From Candidatus Spongiisociaceae bacterium (GTDB taxonomy: Bacteria > Actinomycetota > Acidimicrobiia > Spongiisociales > Spongiisociaceae): 64,000 bases of DNA. Below, one piece after another: positions 51,545 to 61,312 of this stretch (positions are counted from its first letter, which is position 1; each line of letters starts with the position of its first letter). Position numbers and translations under genes: made by a program. Below the pieces are notes generated by a model. That model had not been told where the DNA came from, did no database searches, and saw only the letters and a list, made by a program, of their open reading frames with translations. The DNA is taken from contig OZ253564.1 of NCBI GenBank assembly GCA_965262915.1, forward strand, positions 4,672,001 to 4,736,000. Reading direction: 5' to 3'.

Positions 51545-52765
51545 CTACCGGGCCACACCCACACGAGTAGTTGAATCGGCCTCCTGACTTGTCAGGCGAG
51601 CCGTGTCGCGTGCGATGAGGGACTCCTCATCGGTCGGGATCACCCAGATGTCTATGGGACTGCTGCCGGTGGAGATGCGCCTCTCCCCTTCGCCCCGGTT
51701 CCGGGAGGGCTCGACCACCAGACCCATGCTCTCCAGACCGGTCAGGATGAGTTCGCGGGCCTCGTGGCTGTTCTCCCCGATGCCACCGGCGAAGACCACC
51801 GCGTCGCAAGGCGCCACCTGTACCAAGAAGGCCCCGAGATACCGGCGCACCCTATGCGCGAAGGCCTCCACCGCCAGCGTGGCGGGCGGATCGCCGGCCC
51901 GGGCACGGTCGGCAACCTGCCGGAAGTCAGGGGAGATCCCGCTCAGACCCAGCAGGCCTCCCTCCCGCTCCAAACCGCGGCGGATCTCGGCCGCCGGAAG
52001 TCCCGCGTCCAGCAAATGGAACACCACCGCCGGATCGATATCGCCGCTGCGGGTCCCCATTACCAGTCCCTCCAAGGGCGTCATGCCCATGGAGGTATCG
52101 ACCGCGTGGCCGTCCCGGACCGCGCACGCGGAGGCCCCCGCGCCCAGATGGAGAGTCACCAGGTTGGGTCGGGGCTTGTCCAGCAGCCCGGAGGCCCGCT
52201 CAACCAGGTACCGGTGGCTGATCCCGTGGAAGCCGTAGCGTCGCACCCCGAAGTCCCGCCACCAGCGGGTGGGGACCGCATACCTGTAGGCGTGGGGAGG
52301 GAGCGTGGAGAAGAAAGCAGTGTCGAAGACGGCCACCCCCACCGCTCCGGGTAGGAGCTCCCGAGCGGCCCGGATACCCGCCAGGTTGGCCGGGTTGTGG
52401 AGCGGGGCAAGGGCCTCCAGGGACTCGATAGCCTCGATGACCGAGCGATCGATCACCACAGACGCCGAGAAGCGGTCGCCTCCGTGCACGACCCGGTGGC
52501 CCACCCCCACAATGTCAGCCGGGTCGTTGATCGGAGGGGGCGACCCCCACTCCATCAGGACGTTGACGATCCGAGCCACGCCCTGCCGGTAGTCGGCAAC
52601 CTTTTTCTCGACCGTGGTCTTCCGATCACCCACGTGGTGGAGATGTCTCGGCCGATCCCCACCTACGCCCTCGATGATCCCGCCCGCCAGGGTGTCTCCC
52701 ACTCCCCGTCCGTACAGCTTGTACTTGATGGACGAGCTGCCGCAGTTGATCACCAGTATCCGCAT
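51545..52765 (-). CDS. ackA: Acetate kinase
   Basis: LVINCGSSSIKY, GHRVVHGG, APLHNP, FDTAF, YGFHGISH, DTSMGMTPLEG, GGIGEN, TDEE; RBS AAGGAG. Confidence 0.95.
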   Translation of the reverse strand: MRILVINCGSSSIKYKLYGRGVGDTLAGGIIEGVGGDRPRHLHHVGDRKTTVEKKVADYRQGVARIVNVLMEWGSPPPINDPADIVGVGHRVVHGGDRFSASVVIDRSVIEAIESLEALAPLHNPANLAGIRAARELLPGAVGVAVFDTAFFSTLPPHAYRYAVPTRWWRDFGVRRYGFHGISHRYLVERASGLLDKPRPNLVTLHLGAGASACAVRDGHAVDTSMGMTPLEGLVMGTRSGDIDPAVVFHLLDAGLPAAEIRRGLEREGGLLGLSGISPDFRQVADRARAGDPPATLAVEAFAHRVRRYLGAFLVQVAPCDAVVFAGGIGENSHEARELILTGLESMGLVVEPSRNRGEGERRISTGSSPIDIWVIPTDEESLIARDTARLTSQEADSTTRVGVAR

Positions 52766-52814
52766 GAGCTCCTTGCGGGTATCCACCAAGAGCAAAGCCG
52801 CTATACCGCTTTGT

Positions 52815-53327
52815 TCAGACCGTCAGCGCTCCGAGGATCTCGGGAAAGGCCGCCTCGGCGAGAGCCCGCATCTCCTCGTCGGTACGGTCCTGAATCGGAT
52901 GGGTGGTGAACACCCGGCGGGGGTGCATTCCCAGGGCCCGACCCTGGGCGTCTGCGGCCTGCACGAAGCGGTCCGACGCCACGAAGACACCCGGCAGGCC
53001 CCGGTCTTCCAGATCCACTATGTCGTGCACACTGCACGACGCGCAGGATCCTCAGTCGGCCAGGGCTTCGATCACCGCCCCGCATTCGGCGGCGATCTGC
53101 CGGCGCAAGTCGAGCGGCGCCGGTTTGGAGAAAGTAGGTTTGCGGTAGTGTCGCACCGCCACCCCCCTCTCGGCGAATAGCTCGCTCAACCTCCCGATGA
53201 ACACGTCCCCCCGCGGTTTGGAGATGTCCAGCAGGGCAACGGTACCGTGGGCGAGGTCGGCGAACCGGGGACCCAGACCCCGTTCCTGGGTGGTTCTTTC
53301 GCTTGTCGGGTCCAGCAATGTCGTCAT
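52815..53327 (-). CDS. UGSC-family selenoprotein (Sec at TGA 53052-53054), 170 aa
   Basis: ORFs 53052..53327 and 52815..53030 are in one frame, joined by ALAD-TGA-GSCASCSVHD; SECIS-like hairpin 11 nt after TGA. Confidence 0.85.
53022..53040 (-). promoter_or_regulatory. Bacterial SECIS-like hairpin
   Basis: GTCGTGCA-GTG-TGCACGAC, perfect 8-bp stem with G in the loop, starting 11 nt after the in-frame TGA. Confidence 0.75.
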
Positions 53328-53336
53328 CGGTCACCC

Positions 53337-54779
53337 CTAACGGTCGATCGCCACGGTGGTCATCTCCGAACTGGCCCTACCACCGATCCAGCCTGAGATT
53401 ACCGCCGAGAATCCCCCGGCATCCCCTCCTGCGTGTACGAACCAGAGCCCTTCGGGACCGAACTTCGGAATCTCCTTCTTCTTGTCCGCCAACCAGCTCG
53501 GCAGGCCTTCGGCTACGCCGCCCGCGCCGGCCACCATCTCGGAGGTTGGGAGGGTTAGCAGGGAGCGTATCTCCCGGCGGAGGCGGGCCTTCGTCCATCC
53601 TGCCTCCCGGAACACCCGGGCGTGTTCGGGGGAGACCACAACTATCGCCTCGGCCATTCCGGCCAGCTTCGGATGCCCGACCATGCGCAGCTGCAGAGCG
53701 AAGGTTCTCGCCAGCGACTCGGGAGTGCGGGACTTCTGGTCGATGATCTCGATCGGTCCGTGCCCGGCGAACAGCGTCACCGTGGAGTCCCCGGGCGAGA
53801 AGCCCCGTTCGACCGCTAGCGACTCCCACGGGGAGTCCTCCTCACCCTCGGGGAAGCAGAACGAGAGCTTGCTCGGGCTGCCGAACGTCGCCTGATCCAC
53901 TCCTCCCGGTCGGGCTCCACCGACGTTGCGGACCACCAGGTTGAGAGCCCGTCCGATGGTCAGGTTGGCCCGGTTGCCCTGACCGAGCACGTTGATCCCC
54001 GAGTTCATCCCGATCTGCCCTCGTACCGGCCCGTTGACGATCAGCACCGGCCCCGAGAAATAGGTGGTGGCCGAAACCCCGTGGATGTTGAAACGGCTCC
54101 CGGCCGCCGCCTCCACCGCCGCCAGCACCACCGGCAGGTATTCGGGCAGGCACCCTGCCATCACCGCGTTGATCGCCACCTTCTCCACGGTGCATTCCAC
54201 CAAGTCCGTAGGGATTATGCAGAGCACCTGGTCGGGAGGAAGATCGGTGCCCTCCAGCATCCTCGCCACCCGCTCCTCGGTGGGAGGGGTAACGGGGAGA
54301 CCATCCGTCCATCCCCGGGCGAAGGCAGCCTCGACCGGATCTTCTGAGGTTCCCAGATCCACTCTCCGTGACGACATAGGGTATGGCGAGTGGCGTCGGA
54401 GGAGCCTTTCGTAAGTGTCCGGCAGCATGGTGTCCGAACCGCACCCGGGACGCTGATCAGGAAGGCCCTGGCCCAAACCGGTAACTGCCGCCACCCGTTC
54501 CCATCCGGTCCTGTGCCACCCGGCCTGCTGATCGACCGCGTCCCCACCCTCGATCCGGTAGATGGTGGGGGTCGTCTCGGTACCCAGATGCCACGAGATG
54601 TCCAGTTCCCGGTCGTGGATCACGTCGAATCCCTCGGGGAAGCCGGCCCGATCCTGCGAAACCAGTGCTAGGGATTCCTCCCCTGCGGCAAGTCGGGCCA
54701 GCGCGGGCACCACCAAGTGGCATGTCTCGCAATCGTCCTTGACAACCACCAGCAGTCCGTCAGCAATAGGCAGGCTCAT
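53337..54779 (-). CDS. Thioredoxin-like (CETC) domain fused to uncharacterised UGSC-partner domain
   Basis: VVKDDCETC N-domain, PGCGS linker, GWTDGLPVTPPT, EKVAINAVMAGC, GNRANLTIGRA, SPWESL; 9 nt upstream of the selenoprotein. Confidence 0.8.
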   Translation of the reverse strand: MSLPIADGLLVVVKDDCETCHLVVPALARLAAGEESLALVSQDRAGFPEGFDVIHDRELDISWHLGTETTPTIYRIEGGDAVDQQAGWHRTGWERVAAVTGLGQGLPDQRPGCGSDTMLPDTYERLLRRHSPYPMSSRRVDLGTSEDPVEAAFARGWTDGLPVTPPTEERVARMLEGTDLPPDQVLCIIPTDLVECTVEKVAINAVMAGCLPEYLPVVLAAVEAAAGSRFNIHGVSATTYFSGPVLIVNGPVRGQIGMNSGINVLGQGNRANLTIGRALNLVVRNVGGARPGGVDQATFGSPSKLSFCFPEGEEDSPWESLAVERGFSPGDSTVTLFAGHGPIEIIDQKSRTPESLARTFALQLRMVGHPKLAGMAEAIVVVSPEHARVFREAGWTKARLRREIRSLLTLPTSEMVAGAGGVAEGLPSWLADKKKEIPKFGPEGLWFVHAGGDAGGFSAVISGWIGGRASSEMTTVAIDR

Positions 54780-54881
54780 AGGTCGCCGGTCCTCCCCGGG
54801 TTGGTCATCTCAAAGATAGTCATCCAACATCAAAGTGCATGCACCCTCTCGAACATCGGGCACCCCAAGCAGGACAGGCTC

Positions 54882-54899
54882 GTGATGCTATGATATCAC
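54882..54899. promoter_or_regulatory. TA operator palindrome over leaderless -10
   Basis: GTGAT-N8-ATCAC enclosing TATGAT, which lies 7 nt before ATG 54902. Confidence 0.6.
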
Positions 54900-54901
54900 T
54901 C

Positions 54902-55150
54902 ATGAGGACCATAATCACACTTCCGGATCATATGCACGCCGACGCCAAGCGGCGAGCTGCCGCGCTTGGAATCAGCTTCGCGGAGTTCGCCCGCCGCCTC
55001 TTCGAGAAAGAACTCGCCACAGCCGTACCACAAGGCGATATCGACTCGATATGCGGCATGGTAGAAGGAACACCCTTCGACATGGCAAGCGACGGAAGAC
55101 GGATGATCGAAGAGGCCACCATCAGTCTCATCTCCGATAGGCGTGGCTGA
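54902..55150 (+). CDS. Ribbon-helix-helix (CopG-like) antitoxin
   Basis: MRTIITLPD..HADAKRRAAALGISFAEFARR; directly upstream of PIN gene. Confidence 0.8.
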   Translation: MRTIITLPDHMHADAKRRAAALGISFAEFARRLFEKELATAVPQGDIDSICGMVEGTPFDMASDGRRMIEEATISLISDRRG

Positions 55151-55153
55151 GGG

Positions 55154-55573
55154 GTGGCTTATTCGTACGTAGACACGTCGGCATGGGTTTCCATGGCGGA
55201 CAGGGCGGAGGCGTCCCACCAGCGCGTCGCGACCGCGTTGCGCGCCCGTCGAGGCCGTCTCGTCACCAGCGACCACGTACTCCACGAGACATGGACCTTC
55301 ATGCGCAACCGGCACGGCTGGCAGGCAGCGGAGCAACTCGTCACCGGCATCCGGGGTGGTATCGCGCGGATCGAGGTCTCCGGAGTGGCCGACCTCGAAG
55401 CCGCGGCCACGATCGGAACCATCTTCGCCGACCAGGACTTCTCCCTGTCGGACCGCACTAGCTGGGCCGTGATGGAGAGGCTAGGAATCCACGACGCAAT
55501 ATCCCTGGACAGAGACTTCCACATCTACCGTTTCGGTCCCGGCCGACGCCGCTACTTTACCGTTTCACCCTGA
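55154..55573 (+). CDS. vapC: VapC-family PIN toxin
   Basis: YVDTSAW, TSDHVLHET, FSLSDRTSWAVMERLGI, SLDRDF. Confidence 0.88.
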   Translation: MAYSYVDTSAWVSMADRAEASHQRVATALRARRGRLVTSDHVLHETWTFMRNRHGWQAAEQLVTGIRGGIARIEVSGVADLEAAATIGTIFADQDFSLSDRTSWAVMERLGIHDAISLDRDFHIYRFGPGRRRYFTVSP

Positions 55574-55648
55574 TCCAACATCACGCCGGCCTGCTCCAAG
55601 GGGATAGTGCCCCTCGTTGTCACGTCGCTGGCTACACGAAGCCCCCGG

Positions 55649-58600
55649 TCAACGCGAAGGCGCGCCCGTCCGGACCGGCTCCGAAGCGCCGTCGGGGAGA
55701 GCAGGCTTTCCACACCGGACCCGCTGCGTCGTGGGGTCAATCCGACGATGGCGCACTTCGAGGATCGGGAGTTCCCAGGAGGGTACGACGATCCGCTCCC
55801 GGAATCCGGGCTTGCAGTCCTCCTTCCGGCGGAGCACTATCGCCAGGACACGGACTTCACCCACGCCCCGCATCTGTGCCCGTTGCCATGCCTTCGCAGC
55901 TGTTCTGGACAACCTCGCCACCTCGATACCGGTGTCATCGAGTACCCTCACCTGCCCGTCCTGGCCGGGCTGCAACTTGAGCGTATCCCCCGTACGCATG
56001 CGGGCCAGGGACCGGTGGATCGGATTCTTCTCTCCTTTCCTGCCTGCAAAGTCCAGGAACAGATCCCCCATCCCGAGGATCGTGTACGAGTGCTCGGCGT
56101 ACCTAGCCGTACCACTCCCGGCTACCCCCACCCTTCGGCGAATCACACCCGGCCCACACAGTTCGTCCAGATACGGAATCGGATCGTCCCTCCGACTGAG
56201 GAGGGTGAGGGTCTCCCGAGCACGGGTCATCGCCACGTAGTAGAGGCGTCGCTCCGCCTCCGACGAGTCTCGCTGTCCCGACCCCTTCCGCCATTCGCCT
56301 CCCAGTACCATGACATGGTGGAACTCGAGGCCCTTGGCGGAGTGGACGGTGCCGACCAAGACCCCATCACCAACAATGTGCGATCTCACGTGATCGGCCA
56401 GTGCCTGGTGAATAGCTTCGGCAACCTCGGTGGCTGCACACGGATGGGCACCGGTGCCCCCCTCAACTTCCTTGAGCACGCGTCGGGCCATCGCCGTCCA
56501 GAGCGACTCTGCACCGCAGACCTGTCCGAGCCGTGTTCTGAGTTCCGGCACGGAGATGTCCTTGGCTCGAAGCTCGTCCAGATGATCGAGCAGCAGTCTG
56601 AACTCCCGGATGCGACCTAACCAAGGCAGCCCGTCCGTGATCGCCCGGCGAACGGGAACGCCCTTCATCTCCAGGAATGCGCGTACGACCGCCACCTGCT
56701 TGTGGGTTCTGGCCAGGACGGCGAAGTCGTGCCAGTCCGGTGCCCGATCCAGCTTGCGCAGACGCTCGATCTCGGCAAGCACACGCGCTACCTCGGCACC
56801 CGCATCCCCCACATCGAGTAACAGGACATGGCCCCTGGCTTCAGGATCCAATGACTGCCACCTCCCGCCGGGAGGGTCGTCAGAGCGACGAAGATCTATC
56901 CGGATCGGGTGGTCGGTCTTCATCCGCTCCCGGTTGTTCCGGATCAGACCGTTCGAAACATCGATGATGTGCCTGGTGGAGCGATAGTTGTCGACCAGGT
57001 AGTGCCGCTCGGCGTCGAAGTCCTCCTCGAAGCGGCGCAGGAAACGTACGCTGGCCCCGCGCCACTCGTAGATACTCTGGTCGTCATCGCCTACCGCGAG
57101 GATGGCTGCGAAGCGATCCTCGTCATCATCGCTCCCCGCCCGCCGAGCGATATGGGTGATCATCTCGTACTGTTTCGAGTCGATGTCCTGGTACTCGTCG
57201 ACCAGCACGTACTCGAATCCCAAGAGGAGGCGATCCCGCAGCTCGTCGGGGGCGACCCCTACCGTCTGCTCCTTACCCCTGAGGCGTCGGTTGGCGTCTT
57301 CAATGATCGCGTCGAAGTCGATCTGCTCCCGGTCGCCTGCTTCGAGTCGCACCGCTGCCACCGACCGCTCGGTCAGCCGCAGGGCCAGGGAGTGGTAGGT
57401 GTGGACCGCGACCTGCCGTGCCAGATCACCCACTAGTAGACGCAGCCGGAGCCGTAACTCGTGCATGGCGGACCGGTTGAAACAGATCACCAGGATGCTC
57501 TGCGGGCGGATGCGCTCCACCCTGAGCAGGTAGGCGCAGCGATGCACCACCACCCTCGTCTTGCCCGATCCCGGACCGGCCAGCACCATCACGTTGCGTT
57601 CCTTCGGGGCGGTCACGATCCGTTCCTGCGCGTCGTTGCCGAGGCTCTCCACGATCTCGGCGTAGCTCGCTCTCGAGGTGGCCCGGTTGAGTGTTTCCCG
57701 AGCGCCCTTGAAGTAGCGCCGTTTGAACCCCTCCGTGGACATCTTGAAGTAGTCGTCCACGTACGGGCGAGCCGCGCCATCCAAGCTGTCCTGCGCTTCC
57801 TTCACGTACCGTCCGATAGCGTGGATCTGGAATATCCGCCCCTTGTAGTGATCCTGGAGTGGGCGGTAGTGGGAATTGCCGTAACGCTTGCCCTTCGCCT
57901 CCTCCCGCACGCGGATCGTCATGGCCTGGCGGAAGATCGCCAGCCCGTGCTGGAGCCGGATGACATGGTGCTCGTCCAGGAACAGGAGGGTCTTCTCGAT
58001 CAGGTCAAACGGGTCGGCGAGACGCGACGCAAGCCCGATGCGTCCGTCTATGGCTTTCCCGAGATCCTCCAGAGAGAACAGTATGAGCCGCTCGCCGACC
58101 AGTTTCTGCTCGTCGGCCTTCCTACCAAGCGTTTCGAGAATCACCCGGCCCACCTCGGTCCGCAACTCCAGCAACTCCCGCAGTTCATCCCAGCCGACCT
58201 GCACCCCGAGACGTATGCCGGAGCGTCCCTCACTCCTCAGGATGACCGGCGCCTGCCTACCTAGACCTTCCCGAGCCCAGCCCGCCAGCAGCTTCAGCAG
58301 GCTGTCGTTGATCAGGCGCACTCCCTGTACGCGCAGACGTTCCTGCAGGCGGGGGATGGAGATCTGTATCTCTTCACCGGAGCCACCGTCATGGTCTTGG
58401 GCGCGCAGCAGTTCCTGCAGTTTGGTCTGCGCCCCGTGGATCTCGTCCAACCGGTCCTGCGACTTGGTGGTCGTCTTGTGACGGATCCAGGCCGAGAAAT
58501 AGGTTCCGCTCTCCAGCAGTCCCGCCCGGGACATCTCGTAGAGTGTGCGGAAAATCTCCCGGGTGGCCATACGGTTGAGCCCTGCCGCATCGTCCCCGAA

Positions 58601-61012
58601 TCGGGTACGGAGATGCCAGAACAGCGACTTGAAGGAGCGCAGGGATGCGATCTGGTCGATGTCGATCCCATCCCGCAGATCGGCGGTTTGAAGGAGGTCC
58701 AGAACCTCGAGCCACCGGCGGCGCATGCTCTTCGAAAGGTTCAGTCCATCCATCTTGACCTGCGCAGCTTCGATATCGGGAACCGCCGGCACCCCCTGGA
58801 AGATCTGGGTCCGGTTCTCGTCCCGCAGCACGAAGCGGGTCCGTTCGAGCCACGAGATGGCGACCTTCACCTTGGTGGCGGCAGTCCGATCCTCGGCATC
58901 GAACGAAGTATCTGTATCAGGCACCCGTAGGAGTTCGCGGGGCGCGACCACGATCTCGTCGATGTCCCTCCGGCGCACCCGGCGGATCGCCCTGAGTATC
59001 TGGGCGATGTCCCGCTTCGTGAGACGATCGCGGGAGGCCAGATCGAACTGCCTCTCGAGATCCCCTTTGGTGAAGAGCAGCACGCAGTGGGCAGGTTTGC
59101 CATCCCGTCCGGCCCTACCCGCCTCCTGGAGGTAGTTCTCGATGGACCCCGGTACGTCGGCATGCACCACGATCCGGACATCGTCCTTGTCGATGCCCAT
59201 ACCGAACGCGTTGGTGGCCACGATGACCGGCAGATCGCCCGAGATGAATGCGTCCTGGACCCGTTTCTTCTCGGGGGGATCGAGACCGGCATGGAAGTGT
59301 TCCGCCTCCCAACCCCGCTGCCGGAGCAGCGTGGCGAGTTCCTCGGTTCCCCTGCGGCTGGAGGCGTAGATGATCGCCGCGCTCCGGGCGGGGTTCCCGA
59401 TTCGATCCGCCAGCAGTTCGTCGATTCGCGCCGCCTTGCGGGAGGTCGGTATCTCCTCGACCGAATAGTGAAGGTTGTCCCGGTCGAGGCGATCGCCGGC
59501 GATCTGCTCGATTTCCTGGCCGAGTTCCTCGCCAAAGTGCCCGACGATCTCCTCGCGCACATCCAACCTCGCGGTCGCGGTGAAGCAGGCCACCGGCGCG
59601 ATGTCGACGCCTTCCCGCTTTGAGAACTCCCGGATGAATCGGGCTGCGTAGAGGTAGTCGGGGCGGAAATCGTGACCCCATTTGGAGATGCAATGGGCCT
59701 CGTCGAACACCCAGGCCGCTATCTCGCGCTGCCGGATGGCCCGTTCGAAGGACGTGTTACGCAGCTGCTCAGGCGAAACGTAGAGCAATGCGTAGCGTCC
59801 GAGCCTTGTTCCTTCGAGCACGTCCCGGCGCTCGGGCATGGTCTGGAGACCGTTCAAGGTGGCGGCAAGAGTCGGAGACTCCGTCCTGCGGTTGAGGTTG
59901 TCGACCTGATCCTTCATCAGCGCCTGCAGGGGCGATATCACCACGATCAGGGCGCCGGACTGCTCGTTTCGAAGGATCGCCGGTAACTGATAGCAGAGTG
60001 ACTTACCCCCACCGGTCGGCATGATGCCGAGGAGAGAGCGCCCCTCGATGACTTGGGTAACGATCCGCTGCTGAAGGCTTTCACCGTCAGCCGTCTTCGG
60101 AGCGTCACGGAAGCCGGGGAAGCCAAAATACTTCTTGAGCTTGTCGTCCAGGTTGTGGTGCTTGGAGCAGTAGACGCACTTTGAGTTGCCGCACGGTGTT
60201 CCCCGCACAGCTCGGATAAGCCGGGATGCCGCCGGGAACTGGTGGTGTACCCATCTCGGTAGGACGGACTCCGTTCCCGCCACCATCGTCCAAGCAAGGG
60301 AATAGGCAATCGTGGGCCGGCTTTCGGCTCGATCGAGGAGCGGGGGAAGATGGCTCCGGATAGCATCCGGGCATGCCTTCTCCCCGGCGAAGTAGTGGAA
60401 GCCGCCCACGAGCCGATCGCGCTGCAACTCCCGACCGCCCAGGGCCTCGAGGAATAGGCCGGTTCCGTTCAGCTTGAGATCAGATGCCCCCTCCGCCTCA
60501 TCAGAATCGTCGAAACAACTCCTATAGAAGGACAGCAGCCAGCGGTTGTTGCTCTCCCATTCCTTGAGAAGGTCCCAGCATTCCTCGAGGAGCTGCCTGG
60601 TTAGTAGGCAGTCGGCGACCGGATCGCTTTGCTCCGCGCCGACGAGCTTGTAGTCCTTGACCAGACGGTGATAGGGACGCTGAGGCTTGGCAAGCGGCGC
60701 CAGGTAGAGCGTGTCCACCACCGGCAGATCGAGCAGCGTGGCTCCGCGCAGGCGGGCCTCGATGAGCGGCCGGTCATGGGCCACGATGTTGTGGCCCACC
60801 ACGAAGTCAGCACCCTCCCCGAAGGCGTTCAGCTCCCGGACGGCCTCGTCCGAGGATGTCGCATCAGGGATCTTCAACTTCCTGTCACCATGCAGCGCGC
60901 CGAGCAGCCTGATTGACCCATTCGCCCTCGCCTCCAAGTCGAGGATCAGGCACCTGTCAACGAATCGGCGCCAAGCCCGATCGGCAGCCTTAGGCGAGTT
61001 GCCGCCGGTCAT
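55649..61012 (-). CDS. Large fusion: DEDD-like exonuclease + RecQ (SF2) helicase + UvrD-like (SF1) helicase + HIRAN-like tail
   Basis: LDLE/GHNI..HD/VDTL; PTGGGKS, DEAHCISKWGHDFRPDY, ATNAFGMGIDK, QEAGRAGRDG; AGPGSGKT, VDEYQD, VGDDDQSIY, NYRS, HSAKGLEF, YVAMTRA. Confidence 0.88.
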   Translation of the reverse strand: MTGGNSPKAADRAWRRFVDRCLILDLEARANGSIRLLGALHGDRKLKIPDATSSDEAVRELNAFGEGADFVVGHNIVAHDRPLIEARLRGATLLDLPVVDTLYLAPLAKPQRPYHRLVKDYKLVGAEQSDPVADCLLTRQLLEECWDLLKEWESNNRWLLSFYRSCFDDSDEAEGASDLKLNGTGLFLEALGGRELQRDRLVGGFHYFAGEKACPDAIRSHLPPLLDRAESRPTIAYSLAWTMVAGTESVLPRWVHHQFPAASRLIRAVRGTPCGNSKCVYCSKHHNLDDKLKKYFGFPGFRDAPKTADGESLQQRIVTQVIEGRSLLGIMPTGGGKSLCYQLPAILRNEQSGALIVVISPLQALMKDQVDNLNRRTESPTLAATLNGLQTMPERRDVLEGTRLGRYALLYVSPEQLRNTSFERAIRQREIAAWVFDEAHCISKWGHDFRPDYLYAARFIREFSKREGVDIAPVACFTATARLDVREEIVGHFGEELGQEIEQIAGDRLDRDNLHYSVEEIPTSRKAARIDELLADRIGNPARSAAIIYASSRRGTEELATLLRQRGWEAEHFHAGLDPPEKKRVQDAFISGDLPVIVATNAFGMGIDKDDVRIVVHADVPGSIENYLQEAGRAGRDGKPAHCVLLFTKGDLERQFDLASRDRLTKRDIAQILRAIRRVRRRDIDEIVVAPRELLRVPDTDTSFDAEDRTAATKVKVAISWLERTRFVLRDENRTQIFQGVPAVPDIEAAQVKMDGLNLSKSMRRRWLEVLDLLQTADLRDGIDIDQIASLRSFKSLFWHLRTRFGDDAAGLNRMATREIFRTLYEMSRAGLLESGTYFSAWIRHKTTTKSQDRLDEIHGAQTKLQELLRAQDHDGGSGEEIQISIPRLQERLRVQGVRLINDSLLKLLAGWAREGLGRQAPVILRSEGRSGIRLGVQVGWDELRELLELRTEVGRVILETLGRKADEQKLVGERLILFSLEDLGKAIDGRIGLASRLADPFDLIEKTLLFLDEHHVIRLQHGLAIFRQAMTIRVREEAKGKRYGNSHYRPLQDHYKGRIFQIHAIGRYVKEAQDSLDGAARPYVDDYFKMSTEGFKRRYFKGARETLNRATSRASYAEIVESLGNDAQERIVTAPKERNVMVLAGPGSGKTRVVVHRCAYLLRVERIRPQSILVICFNRSAMHELRLRLRLLVGDLARQVAVHTYHSLALRLTERSVAAVRLEAGDREQIDFDAIIEDANRRLRGKEQTVGVAPDELRDRLLLGFEYVLVDEYQDIDSKQYEMITHIARRAGSDDDEDRFAAILAVGDDDQSIYEWRGASVRFLRRFEEDFDAERHYLVDNYRSTRHIIDVSNGLIRNNRERMKTDHPIRIDLRRSDDPPGGRWQSLDPEARGHVLLLDVGDAGAEVARVLAEIERLRKLDRAPDWHDFAVLARTHKQVAVVRAFLEMKGVPVRRAITDGLPWLGRIREFRLLLDHLDELRAKDISVPELRTRLGQVCGAESLWTAMARRVLKEVEGGTGAHPCAATEVAEAIHQALADHVRSHIVGDGVLVGTVHSAKGLEFHHVMVLGGEWRKGSGQRDSSEAERRLYYVAMTRARETLTLLSRRDDPIPYLDELCGPGVIRRRVGVAGSGTARYAEHSYTILGMGDLFLDFAGRKGEKNPIHRSLARMRTGDTLKLQPGQDGQVRVLDDTGIEVARLSRTAAKAWQRAQMRGVGEVRVLAIVLRRKEDCKPGFRERIVVPSWELPILEVRHRRIDPTTQRVRCGKPALPDGASEPVRTGAPSR

Positions 61013-61185
61013 CCTCTCGGGTCTCGTAGATTCTCAATACTTCGAACCAAGGACTGTCCTAATGCTGGATGGTGACCGAAGGCTGTCTACTGTTTCCCGA
61101 GTGCTCAGGTTGCAGGCTAGACGGTCCACTTCGACGTCGCGACTTATGAGAAGATTGATCCGTTCCTTGGAGGGATGATGGGTAC

Positions 61186-61248
61186 GTTCAGTTTGCATAC
61201 GACAGATGGTTCAATTCGTATAGGAAATGACCCTCATTCTACTAAAGT
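61186..61248 (+). repeat. Imperfect 23-bp-period direct repeats upstream of DUF4143 ATPase
   Basis: GTTCAGTTTGCATACGA (61186) vs GTTCAATTCGTATAGGA (61209); weaker third unit at 61232. Confidence 0.55.
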
Positions 61249-61312
61249 TAGAGGGGTGCTTGTTCTGTCGGCGTTGCATGTCCGGCTGAGCTGACCTAAC
61301 GAAAGGAACAGC

